A stretch of DNA of 64,000 bases from Octopus sinensis (lineage: Eukaryota), in NCBI RefSeq assembly GCF_006345805.1, contig NC_043008.1:63302001-63366000 (forward strand), written 5' to 3'. Positions 61,791 through 64,000 of the stretch are shown in pieces. A program made the translations under genes and the position numbers. Position 1 is the stretch's first letter; each line of letters begins with the position of its first letter. A model generated the notes under the pieces. The model was not told the DNA's origin and did not search any database. It saw only the letters and a program-made list of their open reading frames with translations.

Positions 61791-63117
61791 TATACCTATA
61801 TAACTGCTATTAACGAAAAAATAGTTTAAAAATTCATTAAATGTACAAAAGGCAATGTACTATTACTTCTTCATAGTATCATCGACAGGAGCTGGTCTCA
61901 TTGTAATAAAAAGTGTTTATTTAAACCATATAAAGTATAAAATCAATTTGAAAGTATTAAAGTATCAGGAAACGCTGAAAATGCACTTAAATGCTACAGA
62001 TTTGCTAATTACTCTACTTGAAATCGTTCCAAATTACTCGATAACACTGCAAGAAATTTCAGATGGATCAAAACACATTAAAGCAGTAGAAAAATTGAAA
62101 ATTCTTTTATGGTTTTAAATGTGTTGAAATTTATCCCAACCTTGCCCCATTCAATTTACTACATCGTTGGTGAAAAGTAGTATTAATTTTCCAAAATCTT
62201 GGGCCAGCTAGAATCATCCTGGATACTGATGTGGGCAAAACCAAATTTAAAATATCTAAGAAAAATATTTTTTATGTTTACTTTTTATCATGCACTTGTT
62301 TCAGTCATTGGACAGTGGCCATACTGGAGCATCACCTTGAAGTGTTTAGGTTTTCTCCCTTACACTAGACAGTTCCTCATTTCTTTTCAAATGAATGTAA
62401 ACAAGGTTAGTACAATTTTTTCAGAATCATGCATTTCAGAATTAGCTGACCAAGGCACTTTCATATGGCATTATGTTGTACAGGAAATTGAGACTTTACA
62501 TTAATAATGCTGTTAAATTCTCAAGGTTTTGGTTTAAGAATTTAAACGCATTATTAGGTCATGATTTTCTATTAATTTAATCATATCATTTGACATATTC
62601 ACATATAACATGAAGTAATTGTTAGTATTCAGATTTTTTTGTCAAAAATAATACTTATTGATTTATATTGTTTTCAATTAAACAAGCATTATTTTGTCGT
62701 TTCAAAATTTTGATGATGTGATTGTTTATTTTTAGAATGATGTTATTGGGTAGGTGTGAGGGACCAGATCTGGTCAGTTGGGATATAAAACATGTAGAAT
62801 TATTTGGCCAGCTATGGCTGGTTTAAATGCTGAAGGGTTAAACAAATCAATGCCTAGACTTATTTTATTGGTCAATTTTTGCTGAACTGCTAAGTTTACA
62901 AGGGCATAGATAAGCTTGATTGGGGTAAACACACACACACAAACACATGCGCACACACACACACACACACACACAAACACGCACACATACACACACAAAC
63001 ACATGCACAATCTCATGCACAAACATACACACATACACAAACACACACACACAAACACATACACAAATACACACAGATACACAAATACATACACACTCAC
63101 ACACACAAAATTTTTTT

Positions 63118-63345
63118 CAGTTTCCTTATTTCTTTATTGCCCACAAGGGGCCTAAACATAGAGGGGACAAACAAGGACAATCAAAGGGATTAAGTCGATT
63201 ACATCGACCCCAGTGCATAACTGGTACTTAATTTATCAACCCCGAAAGGATGAAAGGCAAAGTCGATCTCGGCGGAGTTTGAACTCAGAACGTAATACTG
63301 CTAAGCATTTTGCCTGGTGTGCTAACGCTTCTGCCAGCTTGCCAC
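63118..63345 (-). mobile_element. SINE family B
   Basis: Reverse complement of the 61383 unit. Confidence 0.82.
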
Positions 63346-63469
63346 CTTTAAACTTTTTTCAGTTTCCATCCACCAAATTCTCTCACAAGGTACTTTATCA
63401 CTTCCATTACAACATTTCTCTTGAAATATGGTAACAAAAGACAACAACAATGCTACTGACACCTAGCCA

Positions 63470-63835
63470 TAGCAACTGCTGCTGCTGTTGCTGCTACTAA
63501 CACCATCAGAAATACTAATACTGTTACTACTGCTACTATAACTATTAATACAACTACTACTACTACTATCACCTCCTCTATTGCAATTACTACCATCACC
63601 ACTGGTCAACAATTATTACTACAAATACCATCACTACCACTGCCACCACCACCACCACCACCATCATCACAACAACGACGACCACCACCACGACCATCAC
63701 CACCATCATGGCGACCACCACCATCACAACGATGATGATGACCACCACCACCACATCATCATCACCACCTTCACCACCACCACCACCACCACACCACCAC
63801 CACCATCACTGCCACCACCATCAGTACTATTGCTA
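63470..63835. repeat. Compound trinucleotide repeat (ACT/ACC/CAT)
   Basis: Direct inspection. Confidence 0.9.
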
Positions 63836-64000
63836 CATTTTCAATGAATTTTGAAAACAATGACATTCATAGTGACATAACATTGTTAGTATTAAACTGG
63901 CGCTTAGACCATAAACTGAGAATCTTGGGGTTAGTAGCCAGTGCTCTTAACCACTATGTAAATAACGTACATAATTCTTCATCTTTTAAATATAGAAACA

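Noticed and set aside
61850-62200. Possible hAT transposase C-terminal remnant
   Set aside because: Only a weak EIYPNL-like resemblance; unsupported

Overview
AT-rich, microsatellite-dense metazoan genomic DNA with no intact protein-coding gene. The repeat families (CORE-like and other tRNA-derived SINEs, an RTE LINE with a (GAT)n tail) suggest an octopus or other coleoid cephalopod; this is inference, not a database result. Most of the window is mobile-element debris: one young 5'-truncated RTE LINE (12509-15283) whose RT frame is open but lacks the YADD catalytic motif, many short RTE 3' tails, three or more SINE families, piggyBac-, hAT-, Tigger- and mariner-type MITEs, and fossil Helitron, mariner, Tc1/maT-like, RLE-type LINE and CR1-like fragments. 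A few small candidate host exons are reported at low confidence. The most striking signal is a set of at least six head-to-head inverted repeats plus several solo copies, from unrelated sequence families. Each carries a minimal type I hammerhead ribozyme fold with a palindromic stem III, the type known from Penelope-like element pseudo-LTRs. They include U3:A8 covariant cores, a family-wide A6-to-U core and a long stem II loop. In each pair the inverted-repeat arms end within about 30 nt 5' of the ribozyme, or inside it. All folds were read by eye. Many repeat boundaries are approximate (tens of bp).
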